From an uncultured Gammaproteobacteria bacterium (GTDB lineage Bacteria; Patescibacteriota; Patescibacteriia; Patescibacteriales; UBA12465), in contig CAZZBQ010000005.1 of the NCBI GenBank assembly GCA_964652745.1, positions 1-36,575 on the forward strand: a DNA stretch of 36,575 bases, in the 5' to 3' direction. The notes below the pieces were generated by a model. That model was not told the DNA's origin and did not search any database. It saw only the letters and a program-made list of their open reading frames with translations. Numbering within the stretch: position 1 is the first letter of the stretch; each line of letters opens with the position of its first letter. This document shows, piece after piece, positions 15,004 to 24,630 of this stretch. The position numbers and the translations under genes were made by a program.

Positions 15004-16824
15004 TTAATTCTCTAAAATTGCCTTAATGCGCCTAACACCAGCACTAGATGATTCCTCTTTCTGTATCTTAAATTTACCTAATATTCCAGTATTTTTCACA
15101 TGAGGACCACCACAGATTTCTTGAGAAAAAGCTTGAGTTAAATCTGATTGACCGTTAGCCAACTGTGGAGCAGCCGTATAAACCTTAACTTTTTCCCCAT
15201 ATTTGGAATCAAAAACCCCCATGGCTCCTCTGGTTTTTGCTTCCTCCAAGGAAAGCTCCTCACAATTAATCGGCAAATTAGCCTTGATGGCACTATTAAC
15301 CAATTCTTCCGTCTTAAGAATCTGCTCGGGAGTCATTTTTTCAGGATGAGAAAAATCAAAGCGCAAACGCTCAGGAGTAATATTGCTTCCCTTCTGAGTA
15401 ACGTGTTCGCCTAGAACCTTGCGTAAAGCAGCTAACAATAAATGAGCAGCGGTATGAAGACGAGTTGTTTCTTCGCTTGAATCAGCAAGGCCCCCCTTAA
15501 ATTTTCCCGCCGAAGCAGTGCGGGATAAGTCTTGGTGCTTTTTTAATTCTTCTTCAAAAACAGCTCGGTCAACTTTAATTCCCTTTTCGGCAGCCAGCTC
15601 CTCAGTTATCTCTAAAGGAAAACCATAGCTCTGATAAAGATTAAAAGCATCATGCCCACTAATATCTTTATTTGCTAATTTATTAAATTCAAGCATGCCT
15701 TTTTCTAAAGTCCGACTAAACTTCTCTTCTTCTTTATCAAGATTCTCTAAAATAAATAACTGATTCTGTACAAGCTCACCATATATCTCCTGATAATCAA
15801 GAATAACTTGTTTAGCAATCTCTTTAGCCCATAACGCTTTTGCGATTCCGAGTTGACGACCATAACGAATAGCGCGGCGAATTAAACGGCGCAAAACATA
15901 ACCCTGATCAGTATTAGACGGGGTTATTCCCTTATGGTCGCCGATAATAAAAGTTGCCGCCTTAAGATGATCAACGATAATGCGCATCGCCTTATCGGTT
16001 TCAACGTCGGCACCATAAGTGTGTCCGCTTAACTCTTCAACCTTCTTAATCAAACTAGAGAATAATTCAGAGCGATAATTATCATTCAAACCATTTATAA
16101 TTGTCAAAACTCTTTCTAATCCTAAACCGGTATCAACATTCTGCTGAGAAAGCGGTTCATATTTTCCTACCTCATTCTTATTGTATTGCATGAAAACGTT
16201 GTTCCAGATTTCCACCCAAGAATCATGATCATCATTAAAACTTGTTGGTGCTGGCATGGAATTATCTGACCAATAAAAAATTTCTGAATCCGGACCACAA
16301 GGACCGGTTGTGCCAGCCGGACCCCACCAATTATTTTTCTTAGGCAGTTTTGTAATTCGTGTTATTGGCAAGCCGTTAGCTTCAAATATTTCCTGCCAAA
16401 AACCATAAGCCTCAGCATCATAAGGGGCATCAGCGTCGCCCTCAAAAACAGAAACTGCAATTCGGTTCTTATCTAAACCAAGCCAAGCGGGCGAAGTTAA
16501 AAACTCCCAACTAAAAGCAATGGATTCTTTTTTAAAATAATCTCCCAAGGACCAATTACCCATCATTTCAAAAAAAGTGTGATGAGTCCTATCACCAACT
16601 TCATCAATATCCCCAGTTCTAATACATTTCTGGGCATCAACTAAACGGGCGCCCGCAGGATGTTTTTCGCCAAGAAGATACGGCACCAGTGGATGCATGC
16701 CCGCAGTTGTAAATAAAACCGAAGGGTCGTTTTCCGGAATTAAGCTAGCGCTAGAAATTATGGCGTGCCCATGGCTCTTAAAAAAATCTAAATATTTTTG
16801 GCGCAATTCATTAGCGGTTATCAT
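15004..16824 (-). CDS. alaS: Alanine--tRNA ligase, short form (catalytic, tRNA-recognition and editing domains; no C-Ala domain)
   Basis: 606 aa. ELRQKYLDFFKSHGHAIISSASLIPENDPSVLFTTAGM, WGPAGTTGPCGPDSEIF, editing-domain HTAAHLL...CGGPHV motifs. The protein ends about 30 aa after CGGPHV. Confidence 0.93.
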   Translation of the reverse strand: MITANELRQKYLDFFKSHGHAIISSASLIPENDPSVLFTTAGMHPLVPYLLGEKHPAGARLVDAQKCIRTGDIDEVGDRTHHTFFEMMGNWSLGDYFKKESIAFSWEFLTSPAWLGLDKNRIAVSVFEGDADAPYDAEAYGFWQEIFEANGLPITRITKLPKKNNWWGPAGTTGPCGPDSEIFYWSDNSMPAPTSFNDDHDSWVEIWNNVFMQYNKNEVGKYEPLSQQNVDTGLGLERVLTIINGLNDNYRSELFSSLIKKVEELSGHTYGADVETDKAMRIIVDHLKAATFIIGDHKGITPSNTDQGYVLRRLIRRAIRYGRQLGIAKALWAKEIAKQVILDYQEIYGELVQNQLFILENLDKEEEKFSRTLEKGMLEFNKLANKDISGHDAFNLYQSYGFPLEITEELAAEKGIKVDRAVFEEELKKHQDLSRTASAGKFKGGLADSSEETTRLHTAAHLLLAALRKVLGEHVTQKGSNITPERLRFDFSHPEKMTPEQILKTEELVNSAIKANLPINCEELSLEEAKTRGAMGVFDSKYGEKVKVYTAAPQLANGQSDLTQAFSQEICGGPHVKNTGILGKFKIQKEESSSAGVRRIKAILEN

Positions 16825-16853
16825 ATATTTAAAGCTACCTATTTCTAATTATT

Positions 16854-17870
16854 CTATATTATATTAACTTCCTCGCTTAAATCAAGACCGAATTTCTTCT
16901 TAACGCCAGCCTTAACTTTAGCCACTAACTCTAGGATCTGTTTGGCCGTACCGCCGTTGTTTACTAAAATAAGAGCCTGTTTTTCATACATCCTAACCCG
17001 ACCAAACCTTTTTCCCTTAAATCCAGCCGCTTCTATCAACCAACCAGCTGGAATTTTAATTTTACGACCGCTACCAGGAAAAGACGGCATGTCTGGATAC
17101 TTTTTCTTAAGCGTCTTAAAAACTGCCGCGCTTACTTCCGGATTCTTAAAGAAAGAGCCGGCATTAGGAAGCGCGTATGGATTAGGGAGTTTGCTATTTC
17201 TAATTTCTTCAATTGTTTTAATAACCTCGCGCAAGCTTGGCTTTTTAATGCCTTTAGCGTTCAAAGTTTCACGAATAGAACCATAGTCTAGTTTTAATGT
17301 TTGTTTGCGCAATAAACTAACAACAATAGAATAAATAAAATATTTTCCTTTAAGCCTATTCTTAAATATACTATCGCGATAACCAAAACGACAATCAGCA
17401 GCTGAAAAAATTCTTTCTACCCCAGTTTTTAAATTAATCGCTTTAAGATGATGAAAAGTATCTTTTAATTCAACACCATAGGCGCCAATATTCTGGACCG
17501 GCGCAGCGCCAACTGTGCCATAAATTAAAAATAAGTTTTCTAAACCATATAATTTATTTTCAACCGCAAAACTAACAAACTTAGACCAAGACTCACCAGA
17601 CATTCCCTCAACTAATGCTCTTTCTTTATTTTTTTCCATTATTCTGATTCCCTTGATTTCATTTTTAATAACTAATCCCTGAACTGGCCCGGAGATAAGT
17701 AAATTTGAGCCACCACCAAGAACAGTGATTGATAACTTTTTAGATTTAGCAAAACTAACCGCCTCTAATAGTTCCTCGCGATTATGAACAACTGTAAAAT
17801 AATCAGCGCGGCTACCAACTTTAAGGGTAGTAAACTCTTTTAGGTTTTTATTTTTTTCTATGTTGAGCAT
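16854..17870 (-). CDS. murB: UDP-N-acetylenolpyruvoylglucosamine reductase
   Basis: FTTLKVGSRADYF, VLGGGSNLL, PNAGSFFKNP, AGWLIEAAGFKGKRFG motifs. ATG at 17870 (MLNIEKNK) is preferred; it overlaps the murC end by 23 nt. Confidence 0.9.
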   Translation of the reverse strand: MLNIEKNKNLKEFTTLKVGSRADYFTVVHNREELLEAVSFAKSKKLSITVLGGGSNLLISGPVQGLVIKNEIKGIRIMEKNKERALVEGMSGESWSKFVSFAVENKLYGLENLFLIYGTVGAAPVQNIGAYGVELKDTFHHLKAINLKTGVERIFSAADCRFGYRDSIFKNRLKGKYFIYSIVVSLLRKQTLKLDYGSIRETLNAKGIKKPSLREVIKTIEEIRNSKLPNPYALPNAGSFFKNPEVSAAVFKTLKKKYPDMPSFPGSGRKIKIPAGWLIEAAGFKGKRFGRVRMYEKQALILVNNGGTAKQILELVAKVKAGVKKKFGLDLSEEVNII

Positions 17871-19263
17871 ATAACAATCCTTGACCAACTCTAAAAACAT
17901 CGCCAGCGCCCATCAGTAATATAATATCTCCTGGCTTAGCGCTAGCACGCAAATATTTAATCGCCGCTTCAATATCTTTAACATTAGAAACTTGTTGTTT
18001 CCTTTTCACTTGTTTATTTACTTTCTCCACCGCTTTAACAAGTTGTAAACTGGAAACTCCTCCCTGTTTTTCCCTGGCTGAACCGTAAATATCTAAAATC
18101 ACTAATTCCTGAGCATCAGCAAAACTCTGAGAAAAGTCAGCAAATAAAGCTTTTGTTCTTGTAAAAGTATGGGGATGAAAAATTACACGCAAACGCTGTT
18201 TCGGATAACGCGCTTTAACGCCGGCAATAGTTGTCCGAATCTCCGTTGGGTGATGAGCATAATCATCAATAATCTTTGCCCCACGATAATTTCCTAAAAA
18301 CTCAGCCCGTCTTTCCGTGCCAGTAAAACCAAAAAGATGTTCTTTAATTTTTGTAAGCGGAACACCTAGCTCGCGTGCCGCAGCGACTACTGCTAAAGCA
18401 TTAAAAATATTATGACGCCCCCAGAGGCGAATTTTAAATTCTCCTAAATTATTAATTTCAAAATATTGGTTACCGCCTTTTAACTTTAGACTGTGCGCTA
18501 AATAATTAACGGTCTCGCCAGAATAAGCCTCATCGGCGACGTCATATTTAGCAATGCGGCCGCGGCAATATTTTACAATCCGGCGGCTCTGAACATCACG
18601 ATTATTCATAATAAAAAAACCGCCCTTCGGAATCTTTTTTAAAAATTCAGCAAAAACTTTAACATAATCAGCCTCAGTCGGAAAAAAATCAGGATGATCA
18701 TAATCAATATTATTTAACACCACGCCATCCGGCTGAAAATACTGAAGCTTATTTTGATATTCATCCGTTTCAGCCACAAAAATATCAGAACGCCCACTTA
18801 AACTGCTGCCCTTAAATTGCGGGACGCGCGAGCCTACTAAAACATTGGGCTTCTTACCTGATTTCCACAAAACATAACCAAGCCAAGCCGAAACAGTTGT
18901 TTTGCCATGACTACCACAAACCGCAATTCCCTTTTGAGCGCTAAACTCAGCCCCCAAGGCTTCGGCATAAGATAACATCTGGGGGCGCTTGGCGGCTGGC
19001 ATTTTAGCTAGTGCCGCTAATTCCGGATTATTTTTAGCCGTAAAAGCGCTGGAATAAATTACTAAATCAACGCTGGCTGGTAAATTAGCGGCAGCAAAAG
19101 GCGCTAACACCTTAATCCCCGTATCAGCCAAGACTTTATCCGTCATAAAACTTTCTGACACATCCGAGCCGCTGATTTTATTTCCCTGGCAAGCTAAAAA
19201 CTGCGCAAGCATTGTCATGCCGACGCCTTTAATCCCAATCATGTAAATATTTTTAGCAGCCAT
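17848..19263 (-). CDS. murC: UDP-N-acetylmuramate--L-alanine ligase
   Basis: 471 aa. IYMIGIKGVGMTMLAQFLACQGNKISGSD, VCGSHGKTTVSAWL, DDYAHHPTEI. Confidence 0.92.
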   Translation of the reverse strand: MAAKNIYMIGIKGVGMTMLAQFLACQGNKISGSDVSESFMTDKVLADTGIKVLAPFAAANLPASVDLVIYSSAFTAKNNPELAALAKMPAAKRPQMLSYAEALGAEFSAQKGIAVCGSHGKTTVSAWLGYVLWKSGKKPNVLVGSRVPQFKGSSLSGRSDIFVAETDEYQNKLQYFQPDGVVLNNIDYDHPDFFPTEADYVKVFAEFLKKIPKGGFFIMNNRDVQSRRIVKYCRGRIAKYDVADEAYSGETVNYLAHSLKLKGGNQYFEINNLGEFKIRLWGRHNIFNALAVVAAARELGVPLTKIKEHLFGFTGTERRAEFLGNYRGAKIIDDYAHHPTEIRTTIAGVKARYPKQRLRVIFHPHTFTRTKALFADFSQSFADAQELVILDIYGSAREKQGGVSSLQLVKAVEKVNKQVKRKQQVSNVKDIEAAIKYLRASAKPGDIILLMGAGDVFRVGQGLLYAQHRKK

Positions 19264-19264
19264 A

Positions 19265-20386
19265 CTATTTAAGAATCTCTAAAATAAAACTGGCCATAAT
19301 CTGGGCGGCATCCTTCTTCATAAAACGACCGATGTTGCGCGATAATTCTTCACGACGAATCGGGTCACGCAAAACCTGCAAAACTGTTTCACTAAACTTC
19401 TCCGCATCAAGCTCAGACTGATTTAAAACAATTGCCGCTTTCGCTTGAGCAAAAACAGCCGCATTATCTTCTTGATGCGAATTGGGTATAGGAATCAAAA
19501 TTGCTGGCTTCGCTAACGCGCTTAACTCCGTTAAAGTGGCTAAGCCACAACGAGAAACTACTAAATCAGCCGCCATCATCAAATTAAAAACTTCATCATT
19601 CCCTAGCAGCTCTGCATAATGATAATCAGGATACTGTGCTAATTTTGTTTGCTCGCTCACAGACGGCGCCTTGTCCTTGCCAGTTAAATGCATAATCTGC
19701 GCCGAAGTAGATAATTTAACTACTGATTGGAAAACTAATTCGTTAATCGCCATCGATCCAGTGCCACCGCCAGTTACTAAAACAAAAGGTTTGGTCGGAC
19801 AAAGTCCGCAAGAGGCTTTAGATGCACTGCTGCTATTAATATTTTCATCTGGTTCATTAAATGGATTGCCGATCCAGACCGCTTCCGGTCCGTAATCACG
19901 CAAAGATTTTTCAAAGACAACAGTTACTAATCTCGCAAACGGCGCCATTAAACGATTAGCTAAACCAGGACGGACATCTTGCTGATGAACGATTACCGGC
20001 ACACGACAAAGATAGGCGGCAAAACAAAGAGGCACACTAACAAAGCTACCAGCGCCAACTACTACTCCTGGCTTTTCTCGTATAATTAAACCAAAAGAAA
20101 GAAAGAAGGCGGAAATAATTTTAAAAATATCTAGAAAATTCTGCCAAGCAAAATATCGGCGCAATTTCCCTGCCGGTAAAGATCTGAATTCAAGTTTATG
20201 ATTAGGGAAACTACAGGCGGCCACTAACTCTTTTTCTGGTCCGCTCTTCCCGCCAACAAATATTAAACGTAAATCAGAATCTTCCGTCCAAAGTTTACGA
20301 GCCACCGCTAAAAGCGGTGTTACCGAACCTCCGGTACCACCACCGCTTAAAATTATTGTTTTCGGGCGTTTATTGACGCTTGGCAT
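19265..20386 (-). CDS. murG: UDP-N-acetylglucosamine--N-acetylmuramyl-(pentapeptide) pyrophosphoryl-undecaprenol GlcNAc transferase
   Basis: 373 aa. ILSGGGTGGSVTPLLAVARKL, VTGGGTGSMAINE, SRCGLATLTELSALAKPAILIPIP...HQEDNA. Confidence 0.9.
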   Translation of the reverse strand: MPSVNKRPKTIILSGGGTGGSVTPLLAVARKLWTEDSDLRLIFVGGKSGPEKELVAACSFPNHKLEFRSLPAGKLRRYFAWQNFLDIFKIISAFFLSFGLIIREKPGVVVGAGSFVSVPLCFAAYLCRVPVIVHQQDVRPGLANRLMAPFARLVTVVFEKSLRDYGPEAVWIGNPFNEPDENINSSSASKASCGLCPTKPFVLVTGGGTGSMAINELVFQSVVKLSTSAQIMHLTGKDKAPSVSEQTKLAQYPDYHYAELLGNDEVFNLMMAADLVVSRCGLATLTELSALAKPAILIPIPNSHQEDNAAVFAQAKAAIVLNQSELDAEKFSETVLQVLRDPIRREELSRNIGRFMKKDAAQIMASFILEILK

Positions 20387-21524
20387 AACTTAATTTAGTG
20401 TGCTTGCTTATATTAACCAGAATTCCCATCGCAATCAAGGCAGACATTAATGCCGAACCACCGGCCGAAATAAAGGGTAAAGGAACTCCGGTCATAGGAA
20501 TTAAATTAATCATTCCACCAACATTTAAAAATGTCTGAATCGCTAACCAGGCAATAATGCCGGTTGCCAGCGCACTACCATATAAATCAGGCGCTGCTCG
20601 GGCAATTAAAAGGCCGCGATAAAAAATAAAAAGATACAACAATAGCAGTAAAGCACTAAAGACAAAACCAACTTCTTCGGCAGCAATGGAAAAAATAGAA
20701 TCTCCCCAAACTTCCGGCAAATACATAAACTTTTGCCGACTCTGACCTAAACCACGCCCGAACCAACCACCAGAACCAACCGCAATAAGCGATTGGTTAA
20801 TCTGATAACACTTATCTTGAGTGCTAAAACTAGGGTCTTTCAAACATTTAAAACGATCACTCTGATACGCCGAGCCAGCGTTCAAAACTATAAATAGACC
20901 AATGGCTCCCAGTGCGCCTGCTAAAAACAAATGTTGTAATTTTCCACCACCGACAAAAAAAACCATAACAGCCGAGGAAATAATAATAAACAGAGTTCCC
21001 AGGTCTGGTTGTAAATACATCAAAACGCTAATAATGGCTAAGACAATTAAAAATGGGAAGGTGCCACTCGCAAAATTTCCTAAATCTTCTTTTTTAGCCT
21101 CAAGCCAAGTCGCTAAATAAATTAAAAATGATAATTTTACTAACTCTGAAGGCTGAAAAGATTGACCGAAAATATTAATCCAACTACGGGCTGTACCATG
21201 TGCAGCCTGCAAACCGGGAATAAAGACCAAAACTAATAGCAGCACCGAGGCAATTAAAAATAAAAAAGCATATTTTTTCCAGAAATGATAGTTAATACGA
21301 TAGGCGACAAAGAAGCCAACTAGGCCGACACCCAGGCCAACCAGCTGATTCTGGAAATAATGATAAGTATTACCGAAGCGATCGTAAGAAACAACCGAAG
21401 AAGCGCTAAATAATAAAACTAGACCGACCGCAATTAATACAAACATGGCGGTCATTATACTCTTATCAGCCTCGTGCCGCTGTGTAGAGTTATTTGGTTT
21501 TTTTGCCCAGCGCACTACATTCAT
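20370..21524 (-). CDS. ftsW: FtsW/RodA/SpoVE (SEDS) family peptidoglycan glycosyltransferase
   Basis: 384 aa polytopic. FQPSELVKL, LQPDLGT, PEVWGDSIFSIAAEEVGF, PMTGVPLPFISAGGSAL motifs. dcw context between mraY and murG. Confidence 0.88.
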   Translation of the reverse strand: MNVVRWAKKPNNSTQRHEADKSIMTAMFVLIAVGLVLLFSASSVVSYDRFGNTYHYFQNQLVGLGVGLVGFFVAYRINYHFWKKYAFLFLIASVLLLVLVFIPGLQAAHGTARSWINIFGQSFQPSELVKLSFLIYLATWLEAKKEDLGNFASGTFPFLIVLAIISVLMYLQPDLGTLFIIISSAVMVFFVGGGKLQHLFLAGALGAIGLFIVLNAGSAYQSDRFKCLKDPSFSTQDKCYQINQSLIAVGSGGWFGRGLGQSRQKFMYLPEVWGDSIFSIAAEEVGFVFSALLLLLYLFIFYRGLLIARAAPDLYGSALATGIIAWLAIQTFLNVGGMINLIPMTGVPLPFISAGGSALMSALIAMGILVNISKHTKLSYAKRQ

Positions 21525-22567
21525 ATTTTAACGTCTAACAAAAAAATCATTAAACCGATTGCGGCGCCAATCGCCGCAATAACCCAAAAACGCATGACAA
21601 CTTTAGACTCCGGCCAGCCAATCGCCTGAAAATGGTGATGGATAGGAGTAGAAATAAAAATCTTTTTTTTGCGCGTACGCTTGGATATAGTCTGAACAAT
21701 AACAGAAAGAGATTCAATCAAAAAAATCAAACCAATAAAAATTAAAAGAAAGGCGCTATTTGTAAGCATGGCAATAATTCCTAAAGTTACGCCCAAACTC
21801 ATAGCTCCTGTATCTCCCATATAAAAACGGGCGGGTGGAATATTAAACCACAAAAAAGATAAGAGTGCGCCAATAATTACAGCGCAAAAAGTAGCTAAAT
21901 CATAACGCCCTAAAGCAAAAGAAATAATACCATAAGCGGCAAAGGCAATTAACAAAGTCCCGCCAGCCAAACCATCTAAACCATCGGTTTCGTTAACTGA
22001 AAAAGAAGTAGCTACGATAATAAAAATAAAAATCGGAATATACCAGGCACCAATTTCAAAATTACCGAAAAAAGGAACATGAAAAATAGTCCAATCAAGC
22101 TTAAAATAAAACCAGAGAGCGCCAATTAAAGCAATCAAGGCATAAATCAATAAGCGATGCCTAAGCTTTAAGCCCCCTCCACCAAAAACACCACGCCCTC
22201 TAATATCAAGCCAGTCATCAAATAAGCCGATGAAAGCAGCAGCCAATAAAGCGCCCAAAGGCAATAAGGTTTCGGCGCGAGACAAAAAATTAAAATATTG
22301 AAAAACATCGCCTGGAAAAAAATTAGCTAACAGATAAAAGAAGCCCATTAAAACCACAACCGTCCCCCAAATTAGAATTCCACCCATAGTCGGAGTGCCG
22401 GCTTTATGAGCATGAAGCTCGCTAAATACCGGGGTCGCTCCGTTATTGCGAATTTTTTTGCCTAGCTTATATTTATAAAGAAAATGCGTCAATAGCGGCG
22501 CAGATAAAATGGCAAAAATAAAAGATAACGTAGAGAGAAATAAAATGCGGATGATTTGAAATTCCAT
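21521..22567 (-). CDS. mraY: Phospho-N-acetylmuramoyl-pentapeptide transferase
   Basis: 348 aa. HKAGTPTMGGILIW, GLFDDWLDI, NETDGLDGLAGG, FYMGDTGAMSLG, PIHHHF motifs. ATGA overlap with ftsW. Confidence 0.93.
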   Translation of the reverse strand: MEFQIIRILFLSTLSFIFAILSAPLLTHFLYKYKLGKKIRNNGATPVFSELHAHKAGTPTMGGILIWGTVVVLMGFFYLLANFFPGDVFQYFNFLSRAETLLPLGALLAAAFIGLFDDWLDIRGRGVFGGGGLKLRHRLLIYALIALIGALWFYFKLDWTIFHVPFFGNFEIGAWYIPIFIFIIVATSFSVNETDGLDGLAGGTLLIAFAAYGIISFALGRYDLATFCAVIIGALLSFLWFNIPPARFYMGDTGAMSLGVTLGIIAMLTNSAFLLIFIGLIFLIESLSVIVQTISKRTRKKKIFISTPIHHHFQAIGWPESKVVMRFWVIAAIGAAIGLMIFLLDVKI

Positions 22568-22578
22568 AATTGATTAAT

Positions 22579-22992
22579 TTAACGGAAATTAACTGTATAA
22601 ATTGAAAGGAGCGCTAAGCTTAAAAAAATAGTAGCAATTGCAGTGGCAAGCATAAGCATATGCATTAGGGGACGAAAATATTTACGGCTAACAAAGACGG
22701 CAACTAAAATAATATTTAAAAATGCTAACAACAAGCTAGCCAGTGGATAATAAAAAATCTTTTGCGGGTCGCCAATCAAATCAACCCCGAAATCAATATT
22801 ATAATGCAAAATTAATAGAGTGCCAGTAACTTTTCGGTAGATATTAATGGCTTGCCACCACACTAAAGTCTGCAATAAAGCTATTACTAAAACGTATGCC
22901 CGTACTGCAGGCGTCTGAAAGAGATTTGAAAACGACCCAAAAGATTGTTGAACGGCCGTATAGGCGCGCGCGTAAAGATTAGAATAAGCCAT
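22579..22992 (-). CDS. Hypothetical small membrane protein (about 4 TM) heading the dcw block
   Basis: 137 aa, hydrophobic helices, 11 nt upstream of mraY. No motif recognised. Confidence 0.55.
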   Translation of the reverse strand: MAYSNLYARAYTAVQQSFGSFSNLFQTPAVRAYVLVIALLQTLVWWQAINIYRKVTGTLLILHYNIDFGVDLIGDPQKIFYYPLASLLLAFLNIILVAVFVSRKYFRPLMHMLMLATAIATIFLSLALLSIYTVNFR

Positions 22993-23017
22993 AGAAAAAA
23001 AGCCAATAACACGTATT

Positions 23018-23046
23018 TTGATTATAGTCTAACATATTTTTAAAAT
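23018..23046 (+). promoter_or_regulatory. Candidate promoter for the pseudo-ATPase/GT2 pair
   Basis: TTGATT, 17 nt, TAAAAT, 30 nt upstream of the ATG at 23076. AT-rich context, so support is modest. Confidence 0.35.
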
Positions 23047-23075
23047 AATATAAAATGTGCTAAAATAATAGCATT

Positions 23076-23999
23076 ATGACAACAAAATCCTTAAATCGTC
23101 TACTTAGCTTCGCAACCCAAGAAAAAGCAGAAAAATTAGTTATTAGCGGCCAAAAACAAGAGCTTGCTTGTCGCTGTTACCTGCCTCTTGGCGAAGAGGC
23201 GAATTTTCACCTTCCCAAAAGTCTAGAAGAAGACTTATCTTCAAGCTTGCGCCGACTCCTTAAACTAGCGCCTGATGAATTAACTTCAGGACGATATTTT
23301 AAAATTCGCAATCGCGACTATCGCCTAGACTTTCACCTCAGCATTCTTCCCAGCAAAAACGGCGAAAAAATTATTATTGATATTATTCATAAGCAAAACC
23401 GAAATTTGAGCCTTGGCCAACTTGGACTACAGCGGGAAGAAAGACAAAAATTTAAACAAGCACTATCATTACCCCGTGGTCTTATTATCATTAGCTCTCC
23501 AGAAAGACAAGGAAGAACAACTACGCTAGCGGCTTGCTTAAGAGAAATAGATACTGATAAACGCTCAGTTTACTTTTTAGGAAATAGCCCAGAAATAAAT
23601 ATAGACGGAGTTTCCTGCCCCGGCGAATCGCAAGAGGTCTGGGACAGGGTTCTTAGACACGATTCCGACATTATTGCTGTTGATAATGACAATGATTTAG
23701 TTCTGGCTAATGCAATTCTGGCAGCTGCTACCGGAAGATTAGTACTAGCAACCGTTAAAGCTGGGCACCCAAAAGAGGCCTTAGACAAACTTCTAAATCT
23801 CGGTTTGCCAAGCAATTTAATTACTGCTAACCTAAAACTGATTAGCGGGCAAAGGTTAGTAGAATTAAAACGACCCATCAAGAAAACGCACTCCATATTA
23901 AAATCAAGGAAAGAAGCCGGACAAACTAGCCGCCGTCAAGAAATAGGCGTTTTTACAACCATTACTTATGAAAAAGATTTGCGTCATCCCAGCCTATAA
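23076..23999 (+). CDS. GspE/PilB-family secretion-ATPase homologue, truncated, with all catalytic motifs degenerate (predicted pseudo-ATPase)
   Basis: 307 aa. N2-like domain (GRYFKIRNRDYRLDFHLSILPSKNGEKIIIDII). The Walker A position reads SSPERQGRTTTL instead of GPTGSGKTTTL. The Walker B/Asp-box position reads LRHDSDIIAVDNDND instead of LRQDPDIIMVGEIRD. The His-box position reads TGRLVLATVKAG instead of TGHLVLSTLHTN. The tail ...LISGQRLVEL is conserved. Confidence 0.75.
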   Translation: MTTKSLNRLLSFATQEKAEKLVISGQKQELACRCYLPLGEEANFHLPKSLEEDLSSSLRRLLKLAPDELTSGRYFKIRNRDYRLDFHLSILPSKNGEKIIIDIIHKQNRNLSLGQLGLQREERQKFKQALSLPRGLIIISSPERQGRTTTLAACLREIDTDKRSVYFLGNSPEINIDGVSCPGESQEVWDRVLRHDSDIIAVDNDNDLVLANAILAAATGRLVLATVKAGHPKEALDKLLNLGLPSNLITANLKLISGQRLVELKRPIKKTHSILKSRKEAGQTSRRQEIGVFTTITYEKDLRHPSL

Positions 24000-24630
24000 C
24001 GAAGCCGAACACATTAGCGAGGTTATTCGCCGTGTTCGTCCTTTTGTTGATGAAATTGTCGTGATTGATGACCATTCTAAAGATAATACGTCTATTCTTG
24101 CCCATCAAGCCGGGGCAACTGTTTTACGCCATCCGATTAACCGCGGGCAAGGCGCTGCCCTGCAAACTGGTAATGACTATGCTCTGCTATCTGGTGCTGA
24201 CATAATAATCCACTTTGATGCCGATAATCAGTTTCAGGCCGAAGAAATTCCTGAATTAGTACAACCGATTGAAGCTGGACAAGCCGAGGCAGTTCTTGGT
24301 TCCAGATTTATGGGAAAAGAATCTAATCTTCCTGCCCTGAAGCGTAAAGTAATTATGCCCCTAGCTCGTTTAATTAATAGAGTATTCTTTAACATCAAAT
24401 TAACCGACCCACAAAGCGGCTTCCGCGTCCTTAGTCGCCAAGCAGCGGAAAAAATCCGAATCAAGAATGATGGCATGGCGCACTGCAGTGAAATCTTACA
24501 TCAGTTATTTTCCAAAAATATAAAAGTAGTAGAGGTGCCTATTACCGTTGTCTATCATGAATTTGGCCAAAAATTTTCTGGCGGCGTGAGAATTATTAAA
24601 GACATGGCAATTAAGAAAATAATAAAATAA
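23968..24630 (+). CDS. Family 2 glycosyltransferase (polyprenol-phosphate sugar synthase / Dpm1-GtrB-like)
   Basis: 220 aa. KICVIPAYNEAEHISEVI...VVIDDHSKDNT...NRGQGAAL...HFDADNQF. The start overlaps the upstream ORF by 32 nt. Confidence 0.85.
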   Translation: MKKICVIPAYNEAEHISEVIRRVRPFVDEIVVIDDHSKDNTSILAHQAGATVLRHPINRGQGAALQTGNDYALLSGADIIIHFDADNQFQAEEIPELVQPIEAGQAEAVLGSRFMGKESNLPALKRKVIMPLARLINRVFFNIKLTDPQSGFRVLSRQAAEKIRIKNDGMAHCSEILHQLFSKNIKVVEVPITVVYHEFGQKFSGGVRIIKDMAIKKIIK

